A program made the translations under genes and the position numbers. 64,000 nt of DNA from an uncultured Candidatus Entotheonella sp. (lineage in GTDB: Bacteria > Tectomicrobia > Entotheonellia > Entotheonellales > Entotheonellaceae). The stretch is from positions 1,056,001-1,120,000 of the forward strand of contig CBDCDA010000001.1 in the NCBI GenBank assembly GCA_965215335.1, in the 5' to 3' direction. The notes below the pieces were generated by a model that had not been told where the DNA came from, made no database searches, and worked only from the letters and a program-made list of their open reading frames with translations. This document shows positions 50,469 to 60,313 of the stretch, piece after piece. Positions within the stretch are counted from its first letter, which is position 1; every line of letters begins with the position of its first letter.

Positions 50469-51716
50469 CTAGAACACGAAGCCGACACCGATGTTGAAGT
50501 CGTCCGGCAAGTCGCCGCCCTCGGAGTCGAAGTTGCGATAATCAACCTTGAACACGACGTTCGGGTGCGGGTAAAAACTGATACCGGCGGTGACGAGGGT
50601 CCTGTTCCGCTTCTCGTTCGGCGAGTAACCTGCCGGCACGTCTTCCTGGGTGTTGAAGCGCTCGTAACGCACGAACGGCGCCAGACCCAGACGGGTATCG
50701 GCACCGGACAGAATATCATAGGCGACTTCACCGTACCAACCCCACTGGGTCTCACTGATACCCCAATCCTCCTCACGGGCTCGGCTGAGGATCGCCGTAT
50801 CGTCAATCGTGTTCCGCACGTACAGGGCACGGAGGTGCAGGCCGCGGTACTGGTACTGCCCGTGCACTTCCCACATGGTCATGTTGACGGCTGGCTCATC
50901 ATCGCCGAACATTTCACCCTGTCCGGTATCGCCCACCAACAGGGCACCTCCAACCAACAATCCATCCATCGGCGTGGCATCGACGCGGGCGACAATGGCC
51001 ATGTCCGCCAAAGCGTCGCTGCCCTTCTGCCGGCCACCGCGGACACCATTATCTGAAAAACCACTGGCCTTCAGGTTGGTGGTGGTGTAGAGACGGTACT
51101 GCAAGGCGCCGTCGGCGAATTCGCCGAATACGCCAGCGCCGTTCTCACGCCACGTACTCGGGATGATGCGCAATTCTACCTCCGGGCGCTGATTGCCGTA
51201 GTAGTACGCCGGCTCGTGGATCTCGTTGAGAAAGCCGATGGGCATCAGCACCATCCCGATGCGGAAATTGAACTCGGGGCTGTGGAGATAGTCGATGGTG
51301 GCGAACTCGAGGTAGATTTCATCGGCGTGCTCAATCTCGATCTCGGCGTTCAGCAGCAGCTTGTCGGTGAACTTGAAACCGGCGTACAGGACGAAACGCA
51401 AGTAATCCCACTCGTCCTGTCTGTCCTCCAGGACCTCCAGCCAGGTCTGGCCGTAGCCGCCGAGCGACAGGCCGCGCTCGCGCTGGTAAATTTTCGAGGC
51501 CGCCGGGCCCAGCCCGTAGGCGCTCTTGTATTCGGCTTCTTCGGGAAGCACGAACAGGCTTCTGAGCCGGTCCAGCTCGGTAGCCAGGATGCCTTGACGC
51601 TCCTCCAGGCTCTGCATGCGCTGATCCATGTCGTCCTGCGCGAAGGCAGCGGTGGCGCCGAGGCATAGAAGGGCACCCAGTGCCAAACTCAATGTACGTA
51701 CGAAATACCTGTGCAT
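50469..51716 (-). CDS. Outer-membrane porin-like beta-barrel
   Basis: Signal peptide, short coiled coil, GGYG, EIEIEH, NEIHEP, IIPSTWRENG, terminal F. Confidence 0.8.
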   Translation of the reverse strand: MHRYFVRTLSLALGALLCLGATAAFAQDDMDQRMQSLEERQGILATELDRLRSLFVLPEEAEYKSAYGLGPAASKIYQRERGLSLGGYGQTWLEVLEDRQDEWDYLRFVLYAGFKFTDKLLLNAEIEIEHADEIYLEFATIDYLHSPEFNFRIGMVLMPIGFLNEIHEPAYYYGNQRPEVELRIIPSTWRENGAGVFGEFADGALQYRLYTTTNLKASGFSDNGVRGGRQKGSDALADMAIVARVDATPMDGLLVGGALLVGDTGQGEMFGDDEPAVNMTMWEVHGQYQYRGLHLRALYVRNTIDDTAILSRAREEDWGISETQWGWYGEVAYDILSGADTRLGLAPFVRYERFNTQEDVPAGYSPNEKRNRTLVTAGISFYPHPNVVFKVDYRNFDSEGGDLPDDFNIGVGFVF

Positions 51717-51744
51717 GAGGGACTCCTTAACGGGATGAACGGGA

Positions 51745-52887
51745 TCACGAACCGGCCTCGACGATTGCCGTGCCGTCGAACAGGGTCAAACGGCCGCGCA
51801 GGCCGCGGCTGGCGAGCACCAGCACTTGGCCAGCAAGCTTTTTCCCGCCCTCAGGGGAGCGGGTCACCATGAGGGCCTCGACGCCCGGCTGGCCGCGCAG
51901 CCACGCCAAGCCGTCGCGCCCCATGACCAGGGCCGCCGTCGCCAGAGCGTCGGCGCGCATGGCGGTCGGCGCCACCACCGTCATGCTGAGGGCCGTATCG
52001 GCGGGGTAGCCGCGCTGCGGATGCAGCACGTGACCGTGGCGCCGGCCGTTGTAAACGCGGTAACGCAGATAATTGCCGGAGGTGGCGACGGCGCCGCCGT
52101 CGAGCGACAGCGCCAGGAGCAGCCGGGCAGTCGCCAACGGATGCTGTATCCCGACGACCCAAGGGTCGTCGTCCGGGTGACGGCCCAGCAGGCGAAGGTC
52201 ACCACCGGCATTGACCATGCCTTGACGGACACCGTTCTGCTGGAGCGCCGTGACGGCCCGGTCAACCGCGTAACCTTTGGCAACGCCGCCGAGGTCGAGC
52301 CGCATGCCAGGCTGAGCCAGACGCACGGTGTCGTTGGCATCGTCGAGGTACACGCGCCGGTGATCAACCAGGGCGAGGGCGGCCTCGATCTGCGTTGGAC
52401 CGGGGGCTTGCTGCCGGGCGCCGTAGAAGCCCCACTGGGTCAGCAGGGGCGTGATGGTGACGTCGAGCGCACCGCGGCTCGCCCGAGCGACGCTCAGGGC
52501 TTCCCGGAGCACCGTGGCCGTACTGTCGCGGACCGGTACTTCCCGTTGCGCCGCCAGTTGATTGACTTGACCGATGTCGCTCTCCGGCCGGTACAGGCTC
52601 ATGTCGCGGTCAATCTGCTCAACCGCCGCGAAGGCCGCGTTGACGGCCTGCCGCGCTCGCCCTGGAAACGGATGAAAGGCCTGGCATTCAACCGCCGTGC
52701 CCATGATGGGCAACGACCGCAGCAGGCCAGGCGTGGCTGATCGCGGTTCTGTCGCTGCTACCGCGACTGGGAGCAGAAGCCCCGCAGTTCCCGAAACTCC
52801 GACAGCCAGGAAGCGGCGCCTGGATAGAACAGACTGCGGCAGCAGGCTGAGAGGTCTGATCACGCACGGGTCTCCACTACTGGACAT
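51745..52887 (-). CDS. apbE: FAD:protein FMN transferase, Tat signal
   Basis: SRRRFL, IMGT, DLGGVAKGYAVD, NAGGD, ATSGNY, ADALATA. Confidence 0.92.
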   Translation of the reverse strand: MSSSGDPCVIRPLSLLPQSVLSRRRFLAVGVSGTAGLLLPVAVAATEPRSATPGLLRSLPIMGTAVECQAFHPFPGRARQAVNAAFAAVEQIDRDMSLYRPESDIGQVNQLAAQREVPVRDSTATVLREALSVARASRGALDVTITPLLTQWGFYGARQQAPGPTQIEAALALVDHRRVYLDDANDTVRLAQPGMRLDLGGVAKGYAVDRAVTALQQNGVRQGMVNAGGDLRLLGRHPDDDPWVVGIQHPLATARLLLALSLDGGAVATSGNYLRYRVYNGRRHGHVLHPQRGYPADTALSMTVVAPTAMRADALATAALVMGRDGLAWLRGQPGVEALMVTRSPEGGKKLAGQVLVLASRGLRGRLTLFDGTAIVEAGS

Positions 52888-52907
52888 GATCGTATTGTCG
52901 TCGTATT

Positions 52908-52926
52908 GAAATCGACAATCGTTTTC
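52908..52926. promoter_or_regulatory. Fur-like box upstream of apbE
   Basis: GAAATCGACAATCGTTTTC, 13/19. Confidence 0.45.
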
Positions 52927-53137
52927 AAGATGAGAGCATAGAATTTACGAAGCAGACAGGGGTTCGTAAACCCACTCATGAGTGGTCATTTAACGACTTC
53001 TTCACAACCAGGGCCGGAAAACGGCCCGCCTGTCCTATAATCGGGTTGTGGATTGCAAATTGGTGGATTTTGGATCAAGGGTTCAAATCCGCAATCCGGA
53101 ATTCACCCTCGAAATCGACACGCAAAGGAGAAGCACC

Positions 53138-54262
53138 ATGACCCATCGTCCGCCAGCGGAAATCGGGATGGTCCTCGAGGAGGTCGACACTCCGGCCCTG
53201 CTGATCGACCTGGATGCCTTCGAACGGAATCTGCGACACCTAGCCAGCGCCGTGGCGGCTCACCCGGTGCGGTTGCGGCCGCATGCCAAAACGCACAAGT
53301 GCGCCGTGATCGCCCGGCGCCAGATGGCGCTGGGGGCCGTCGGGGTGTGCTGCCAGAAGGTCGGCGAGGCGGAGGCGATGGTATACGGCGGCGTGCCCAA
53401 TGTTCTGGTCAGCAACGAGGTCGTCGGCGTCACGAAGCTGAAACGGCTGGCGGCGCTGGCGCAACAGGCACAGATTTACGTGTGCGCCGATGATGCCGGG
53501 AACGTGAGGGATCTCAACGAGGTGGCGACGGCCTACGAGATCGATCTGCCGGTGCTGGTCGAGATCGACGTAGGCGCCCATCGCTGCGGCGTCGAGCCAG
53601 GCGAGGCGGCGCTGGTCCTGGCACAGCAGATCGACCGGGCGCCGAGGCTACGCTTTGCCGGGCTGCAGGCTTACCACGGGCGGGCGCAGCACCTGCGGGC
53701 GTTCGAGGAGCGCCGGCAAGCCATCGGCCAGGCCGTCGAGCAAGTGCAGCACACCGCCAATCTGCTGTCGCAGCACGGCCTGGCGTGCGAGCTCGTCTCC
53801 GGCGCCGGTAGCGGCACCTATCCGTTCGAGGCCGACAGCAGCGTTTACAATGAGTTGCAGGCCGGTTCGTACATCTTCATGGACGTGGATTACGGCAAGA
53901 ATCTCGCCGCTGACGGCACGCCGTGGCGGGAGTTCGAGCACAGCCTGTTCGTCTACGCCACGGTCATGAGCCGGCCGAACCGCGACTGGGCGGTCGTTGA
54001 CGCCGGCCTCAAGGCCCTAAGCGTCGATTCCGGCCTGCCGGTGGTGGCCGACCTGCCGCAGGCCGAATACGCCGGCGCCTCGGACGAACACGGCAAGGTG
54101 CTGCTGCACGACCCCGACAGCCCGGTGCGCCTCGGCGACAAGCTGCGGCTCATCCCGGGCCATTGCGACCCGACGGTCAACCTCTACGACTGGTACGTCG
54201 GCCTGCGCAACAACCGTGTCGAAGCGCTGTGGCCCATCACGGCCCGCGGCGCCGGGCATTAA
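53138..54262 (+). CDS. DSD1-family PLP enzyme (D-threonine/hydroxyaspartate aldolase-like)
   Basis: DTPALLID, RPHAKTHK, GLQAYHG, ELQAGSY, SDEHG, PGHCDPTVN. Confidence 0.9.
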   Translation: MTHRPPAEIGMVLEEVDTPALLIDLDAFERNLRHLASAVAAHPVRLRPHAKTHKCAVIARRQMALGAVGVCCQKVGEAEAMVYGGVPNVLVSNEVVGVTKLKRLAALAQQAQIYVCADDAGNVRDLNEVATAYEIDLPVLVEIDVGAHRCGVEPGEAALVLAQQIDRAPRLRFAGLQAYHGRAQHLRAFEERRQAIGQAVEQVQHTANLLSQHGLACELVSGAGSGTYPFEADSSVYNELQAGSYIFMDVDYGKNLAADGTPWREFEHSLFVYATVMSRPNRDWAVVDAGLKALSVDSGLPVVADLPQAEYAGASDEHGKVLLHDPDSPVRLGDKLRLIPGHCDPTVNLYDWYVGLRNNRVEALWPITARGAGH

Positions 54263-54289
54263 CTCCACACGTCGGCAAGTTGACCGGTT

Positions 54290-55045
54290 TCAAGGCATGG
54301 CGGCCCGCGCCTGCTGCACCATCTCCGTCAGCACCTTGCGGACCTCGTCAGCGTTTGTCGCCTGGCGGATGAACGCCACCCGCAAGTCTTGTTCTCCATC
54401 CGTCAGGACGGCCTGCAAGTCGCACCCCAGGCGATCGACGCCGGTCATCCTGACCGACTCGGCGGCACAGCCCGCGAAATGCCGCGCCATGAACACCAGC
54501 GCCTCGGCGTGGTCGTCGTTCATGTGCTGCACGACACTCGGCGCGATGTCCACCAGCGGGTCGGCTCCGGCGGCGAGATAATCAGCCGCCGTCACCCAAC
54601 CCATGACGCCAAAGCCGCCCACGTAGTACGGCTCCGCAATCTCCATGCGATAGAAGCCGAAATCGCCGAAATCCACCCACCCGTCGGCCTGCGGATGGCG
54701 CTGCAGGTAGCCCTCGCGCACGGCCGCCAAGTCGGCGTCGGGCACCTCGGCGACGGTGCCCAGCAGGGTGAGCCGCGCGCTGCCCAGGGGATCTGCGTGG
54801 ACGCGTTCTGCGGCCACCAGCAGGCTGGCCCGCGGGTCGCGCTGCAGGTTGCGGGTGTGCATCGCCAGCGCGCTGATCAGGAAGGTCGGGCGGCCTTGGT
54901 CGTCGAGGCCGTACGGCATCACCGAGCCGAACGGCCAGTCGGGGTGGCGCTCGGACAGCGTCGACAGCATGCCGACGCGCCCCACGTGCATCAACGTACG
55001 CGCTTTCTCGGCCAGCGACAGCCTGGCACCTTCTTCTTGAGCCAT
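54290..55045 (-). CDS. HugZ-like split-barrel protein with DUF2470 domain
   Basis: PFGS, ISALAMHTRNL..DPRASL, VGGFG, HMNDDH, GVDRLG.D. Confidence 0.85.
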   Translation of the reverse strand: MAQEEGARLSLAEKARTLMHVGRVGMLSTLSERHPDWPFGSVMPYGLDDQGRPTFLISALAMHTRNLQRDPRASLLVAAERVHADPLGSARLTLLGTVAEVPDADLAAVREGYLQRHPQADGWVDFGDFGFYRMEIAEPYYVGGFGVMGWVTAADYLAAGADPLVDIAPSVVQHMNDDHAEALVFMARHFAGCAAESVRMTGVDRLGCDLQAVLTDGEQDLRVAFIRQATNADEVRKVLTEMVQQARAAMP

Positions 55046-55073
55046 TCAGCGGGCCTCCTCTGCCCGTGTCAGC

Positions 55074-56912
55074 CTACCGCCCGGCGTCCCGGCGCTCGGC
55101 CAGGCTGGCGTCGAGGTCGGGATCGATCCACCAGTACTGCACGCCGAGGTCGTATTTCGGCATGATTTCCGGGGTGCCGAACTTGTCCCAGTAAAGCACG
55201 CGGTAGGCAGCCAGGTGCCAGTGCGGGATGACGTAGTGGTTCCACAGCAGCACGCGGTCCAGCGCCCGCGTGCGGGTGATCAGGCTTTCGCGGTCCGGCG
55301 CCGAGATCACCAGTTCTATGAGATCGTCCACAACCGGGTCCTGGATGCCTGCGGTATTGCGGCTGCCCTGGATGTCTGCGGCCATGGAGTGCCAATAGTT
55401 CCGCTGCTCGTTGCCCGGCGACAGGGATTGACCCCATCCGTCGACGACTACGTCGAAGTCGAAACTGTCCATGCGTTGCTGATATTGCGCCGTGTCCACC
55501 GTTCGCACGTTCACGACGATACCCAGACGTTCCAGGTTCCTGGTGAACGGCAGCACCACGCGCTCGAAGTCGGGCGATACCAGCATGATCTCGAACTGCA
55601 TCACCAGGCCGCTCTCGCCGTGGGTCAGCGCGCCGCCCTGAATATTCCACCCGGCGTCCTTGAGCAGCCGCAGCGCGATGCGCAGATTGCCGCGCAGGTT
55701 GCCGCTGCCGTCGGTCATGGGCGGCTCGTACGCCTCGGTGAACAACTCGGGCGGCAGTTGGTCCCTGTAGGGTTCCAGGATGGCAAGCTCACCGTCGCCC
55801 GGCAGGTCGCCGGAGGCCAGCTCGGAGTTGGAGAAATAGCTCTTGGTGCGCGTGTAAGCGCCGTAAAACAGGTTCTCATTGGTCCACTCGAAATCGAAGG
55901 CGTAGGCCAGCGCGGCGCGCACTTGGCGGTCTTTGAACATCTCGCGCCGCGTGTTGAAAACGAACGCCTGCATGCCCTGCGGGTTTTCGTGCGGGATCAG
56001 GCGCTTGTTGATCACGCCGTTGCGGACCGTCGGCAGGTCATAGGCCGTGGCCCATTCCTTGGCCACGTTCTCCGAAAAGAAGTCGATCTTGCCGGCCTTG
56101 AACACCTCGCGCTGCACGCCGCGGTCCTTGTGGTATTCGTAGTGCATGATGCCGTAGTTGTCCTTGCCGCGGTTCACCGGCAGGTGCATGCCCCAATAAT
56201 CCGGGTCCCGCTCATAAGTGATCGACCGGCCCGGATCGACCGCTTTGACCCGATAAGGACCGCTGCCAAGGGGCGGTTCAAGCGTCGTGGCCTCGAAGTC
56301 TCGCTCCTGCCAGTAGTGCCTGGGCAGGATGGGCAATTCGCCGACGATGAGCGGCAACTCGCGATTGGTCGGACCGCTGAACTGGAAGCGCACGGTGCGC
56401 GGGCCGGTTTTTTCGGCGCCGGCGACGTTGGCGAAATACTGCCGGAAGACGGGGTGCCCTCTCGCCTTCAGCGTCTCCAGAGACCAGATGACGTCCTCCA
56501 CGGTCACCGGCTGGCCGTCGTGCCAGCGCGCCTGTGGGCGCAGGGTATACGCCACCCACGAGCGGTCTTGTGGCCACTCGATGGATTCCGCCAACAGGCC
56601 GTAGCGCGAGAACGCCTCGTCCGACGAACTCGTGGTGAGGGACTCGAACAGACGGCCGATGCCCGCCGCCGTCTGTCCCTTCAAGATGAAGGGGCGCAGG
56701 CTGTCGAAGCTCCCAAAGGCGCTGAAGACGACCCTGCCGCCCTTCGGGGCATCGGGATTGGTGTATTCGAAATGCGTAAAGTCCGCGCCGTACTTCGGCG
56801 TCCCGTGCATGGCGATGGCGTGCGCCCGATACACCTCGCCGCCGTCCTGCGCGGCGCTGATTCCCGGCAGCACGAGCGCCGCCATGACAAGACACCATCC
56901 GAATCGTTTCAT
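55074..56912 (-). CDS. yejA: Peptide ABC substrate-binding protein (YejA-like)
   Basis: HAIAMHGTPKY...FEYTNPDAPKGG, SLSPGNEQ, RALDRVLL, WWID. Confidence 0.88.
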   Translation of the reverse strand: MKRFGWCLVMAALVLPGISAAQDGGEVYRAHAIAMHGTPKYGADFTHFEYTNPDAPKGGRVVFSAFGSFDSLRPFILKGQTAAGIGRLFESLTTSSSDEAFSRYGLLAESIEWPQDRSWVAYTLRPQARWHDGQPVTVEDVIWSLETLKARGHPVFRQYFANVAGAEKTGPRTVRFQFSGPTNRELPLIVGELPILPRHYWQERDFEATTLEPPLGSGPYRVKAVDPGRSITYERDPDYWGMHLPVNRGKDNYGIMHYEYHKDRGVQREVFKAGKIDFFSENVAKEWATAYDLPTVRNGVINKRLIPHENPQGMQAFVFNTRREMFKDRQVRAALAYAFDFEWTNENLFYGAYTRTKSYFSNSELASGDLPGDGELAILEPYRDQLPPELFTEAYEPPMTDGSGNLRGNLRIALRLLKDAGWNIQGGALTHGESGLVMQFEIMLVSPDFERVVLPFTRNLERLGIVVNVRTVDTAQYQQRMDSFDFDVVVDGWGQSLSPGNEQRNYWHSMAADIQGSRNTAGIQDPVVDDLIELVISAPDRESLITRTRALDRVLLWNHYVIPHWHLAAYRVLYWDKFGTPEIMPKYDLGVQYWWIDPDLDASLAERRDAGR

Positions 56913-57009
56913 GCGTCCTCCCTTCATCTGCGTGTTCATCCCGGGCTGATTGGGGTCAACTCAAAATCGAATCAAGTGTGTTCTCCATTCAAGGCGACGT
57001 GTTCAGACG

Positions 57010-58590
57010 TCACCCGAGCAAGTCGCCTTGCCGCTCACGATTTGTCGGCACGACTTTCGGTAACGATCCGGCGATCACCCCCGCCGGCACGTTGCCGAGT
57101 TCCTTCGGCTCCAGCTTGTGCAAACCGCCTCCGTACACCCGCCCCCCTGTGAGCATTGCCTTTGGGCTGATGGCGTTCAGAAACTCCCAAAGCCGCCGCT
57201 TCAAGGCCGGGTCATCCTCAAGCACGCGCGCGAGCGATTCTTTCGGATACAGCATCAGGTACACGTTCGCAGCTGTTGCCCGGGAATGGTTCAGTATGAA
57301 GCGGAACGGTCGCCCGCTCTTCGTGTCGCTGCGGCCGAGATAGGTGCATACGAACGGGGCCGGCGGCCGGTCTTCCTGCGCATACCAGGGTGTCCGGTGG
57401 CGACAGAGATAGCGCGCGGCAATACCCTGTGCCTTGCCTTCTTCGAGATACGCCCACAGGGTCGGATACTTCCCTCTGATCTGTTCTTCTTTCAAATGAC
57501 AATCGAGCAGGAACAGGCGCCGGTCCAGCGTGGGGTTTCCCTCCCTGTCCGCCGCAACTTCATCTTCCGGCAAATAACGCGGACTCGGCAAAACCGGCCG
57601 GAACGCCTCCAATGGCAACCCACGCCGCCGGATTTCCTCTGCCGACAGAATAAAGTAGCTGTTGTCCCCCGTCGCCAAGCCGCGCTTGATCGTGAAGAAA
57701 TCGCCCAGCACCGGGGTATCCGTCTCCTGGTATCCCTCTTTCACGGGGTAACGGGTCCATTTCGGGTCGCGGCACAAGGTTTCCACGGGCACCAGACGCT
57801 CCAATTTTGGCCGTTCCAACGAACCGCCATAGGTAAAGCGCACCGCATGCCCTGCCGGCGGTGCTTCCTTGCGGAGCCATACCAGGGCGGACGACACCAG
57901 CGCGTCGGCAAATTGTACGTCGTTCGGATCAAAGCGATGAATATGCAGTAACGTCACCTTGTCGAGCAGATAACGCTTGACCGAAGCGCCATAGTTGACG
58001 TCCATGAATTCGCTCGGTATCAGCCAGCCGGCCAGACCTCCTGCTGCCATCCATACATGGATCAGGCCAAGGAAATAGCAATACAACCCGGCCAGTCCGT
58101 TTATTTTCACGCCGCACGACGTATACGCGCGCATTTTCAGGCGCTGTTTTTCCTCATTCACAATATGGTGATGCCGCACGTAGGGGGGATTACAGATCAG
58201 CAGGTTGAACTTCTCAGACTCCGACGGCGACTCCGCTTGCGTGAAGTCCTGCAAGCGCATATCCAGGGCGGCCTCCCGCCACAGGTTGGTCGCCGGCGCT
58301 CCATAGTACGGATCGATCTCGTAGCCTGCGGCGACATCGACGCGGTCCTTCGGAAAGACGTCGAGCAGGGCCGAATAAAACGATCCGGTTCCAATGGCCG
58401 GGTCAATGAAGCGAATCTTCTCACATTCCCCGAGTTGTGCCGCTGCATGACGAAGAATGTCGGCGGCCAGTCCCGTCGGTGTCGCGAACTGCCCCATGCG
58501 GTTCCGTTCCGCCTGCGTTTTCCCCGCGTCCAGCGCCTCTTGCAGGGTCACGCGGCGTTTTTCGAGCTCGATTGTTGCTTTTTCGGTCAT
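57010..58590 (-). CDS. N6-adenine DNA methyltransferase (gamma class), orphan
   Basis: MGQFATP, DPAIGTGSF, CNPPYVRH, GRVYGGGLHKLEPKEL. Confidence 0.9.
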   Translation of the reverse strand: MTEKATIELEKRRVTLQEALDAGKTQAERNRMGQFATPTGLAADILRHAAAQLGECEKIRFIDPAIGTGSFYSALLDVFPKDRVDVAAGYEIDPYYGAPATNLWREAALDMRLQDFTQAESPSESEKFNLLICNPPYVRHHHIVNEEKQRLKMRAYTSCGVKINGLAGLYCYFLGLIHVWMAAGGLAGWLIPSEFMDVNYGASVKRYLLDKVTLLHIHRFDPNDVQFADALVSSALVWLRKEAPPAGHAVRFTYGGSLERPKLERLVPVETLCRDPKWTRYPVKEGYQETDTPVLGDFFTIKRGLATGDNSYFILSAEEIRRRGLPLEAFRPVLPSPRYLPEDEVAADREGNPTLDRRLFLLDCHLKEEQIRGKYPTLWAYLEEGKAQGIAARYLCRHRTPWYAQEDRPPAPFVCTYLGRSDTKSGRPFRFILNHSRATAANVYLMLYPKESLARVLEDDPALKRRLWEFLNAISPKAMLTGGRVYGGGLHKLEPKELGNVPAGVIAGSLPKVVPTNRERQGDLLG

Positions 58591-58613
58591 CCAAAGCCCA
58601 AACTCCCTCCTTA

Positions 58614-60296
58614 TTAACCGCCATCGTTCGTCCGATCCTGCCGCGCGGATGAGCCGGTTCCAAGCAGTGGACCTCCTCCTGCCGCGTCCCCCTCAGACAC
58701 CGAATCCAGGTCAAGCGAGGCGGCCAGCAGGCGCTTGGTGTAGGCGTCCCGGGGATGCTCGAAAATCGCCTCGGTGGGACCTTCCTCAACGACCTTGCCA
58801 TGGTACATGACCACCAGGTAGTTGGCCATCGCGCGCACGACCTTCAGGTCGTGGCTGATGAACAGGTAGGCGAGCTCGTGGTCGCGCTGGAGCTGGCGCA
58901 GCAGGACGAGGATCTGCGCCTGCACGCTGACGTCCAGCGACGACGTCGGCTCGTCCAGCACGATGAAGGCGGGCTTGAGCACCAGGGCGCGGGCGATGGC
59001 CACGCGCTGGCGCTGGCCGCCGGAAAACTCGTGCGGGTAGCGGTGGCGGCTTTCCGGGTCGAGCCCCACCTCGCGCAGCGCCGCGATGATGCTTTCCGCG
59101 CGCGCCGCGGCGCTGTTTATGGTGCCGTGCACCTTGAGCCCCTCCTCGATAATCTGGCCAATCGACAGCCGCGGGCTCAGGCTGCCGAACGGGTCCTGGA
59201 AGATGATCTGCATCTCCCGGCGCAACGGCCGCAGGGCGCGCGACTTCAGCCCCTGGATCAGCGTGTCGCGGAAATAAATGGTGCCGCGCGAGGCAATGAG
59301 CCGCAACAGCGCCAGCCCCAGGGTGGTCTTGCCGGAGCCGGATTCGCCGACCACCCCGACCGTCTGGCCGGCGTGTATGGTAAGCGTCAGGCCGTCCACC
59401 GCCTTGACGTGATCAATGGTGCGGCGCAGCAGGCCGGCGCGGATGGGATACCAGACGCGAAGGTTTTCGGTCCGTATCAGAGCTGGCGTTGCCGCCGCGG
59501 CCGGCGCCGTGCCGCTCGGCTGCGCCTGGATCAGGCGCAGCGTGTAGGGATGCGCAGGGGCCTCGAAAATGCGGCTGGTGACACCGGTCTCGACGATCTT
59601 GCCGTGTTGCATGACGCATACCCGGTCGGCGACCTTGCGCACGATGGTCAGATCGTGGGTGATGAACAGCATCGCCATGTTGAAGCGGCGTTGCAGCTTC
59701 TTGAGAAGCTGCAGGATCTGCGCCTGGATGGTGACGTCGAGCGCGGTGGTGGGTTCGTCGGCGATCAGCAGGGCCGGCTCGTTGGCCAGGGCCATGGCGA
59801 TCATGACGCGCTGCCGCTGGCCGCCGGAAAGCTCGTGCGGGAAGGCGGTCAGGCGTTTCTCGGCTTCGCCCAGGCCGACCAGGTGCAACAACTCCAGGGT
59901 ACGCTGCCGGGTATCCGACTTTCCCATGCCCTTGTGCAACCTCAGCGTTTCGCCGAGTTGCTTCTCAATGGAATGCAACGGGTTGAGGGAGGTCATCGGC
60001 TCCTGGAAGACCATGGCGATGCGGTTGCCGCGCACCGTGCGCAGCGTCGAGGCGGGCGCGCCGAGCAACTCCCGGTCGTCCAGCCGGATGCTGCCGCCGG
60101 GGTGCGAGGCGGTGGGGTAGGGCAGCAGTTGCAGGATGCTCAGCGCGGTGACCGACTTGCCGGAGCCTGACTCGCCGACCAAGGCGACGGTCTCGCCGCG
60201 GTCGATCGACATGGACAGGCCCTTGACGGCGTGCACGGTGCCGCCCTCGGTGCGGAAATCGACCGCCAGGTCCTGTATGTCCAACAACGCCGCCAT
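58614..60296 (-). CDS. yejF: Double-domain ABC ATPase (YejF-like)
   Basis: GESGSGKS and GESGSGKT, two SGGQRQR, two DEPT. Confidence 0.9.
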   Translation of the reverse strand: MAALLDIQDLAVDFRTEGGTVHAVKGLSMSIDRGETVALVGESGSGKSVTALSILQLLPYPTASHPGGSIRLDDRELLGAPASTLRTVRGNRIAMVFQEPMTSLNPLHSIEKQLGETLRLHKGMGKSDTRQRTLELLHLVGLGEAEKRLTAFPHELSGGQRQRVMIAMALANEPALLIADEPTTALDVTIQAQILQLLKKLQRRFNMAMLFITHDLTIVRKVADRVCVMQHGKIVETGVTSRIFEAPAHPYTLRLIQAQPSGTAPAAAATPALIRTENLRVWYPIRAGLLRRTIDHVKAVDGLTLTIHAGQTVGVVGESGSGKTTLGLALLRLIASRGTIYFRDTLIQGLKSRALRPLRREMQIIFQDPFGSLSPRLSIGQIIEEGLKVHGTINSAAARAESIIAALREVGLDPESRHRYPHEFSGGQRQRVAIARALVLKPAFIVLDEPTSSLDVSVQAQILVLLRQLQRDHELAYLFISHDLKVVRAMANYLVVMYHGKVVEEGPTEAIFEHPRDAYTKRLLAASLDLDSVSEGDAAGGGPLLGTGSSARQDRTNDGG

Positions 60297-60313
60297 GCCG
60301 CCTCCGAGGGAGA

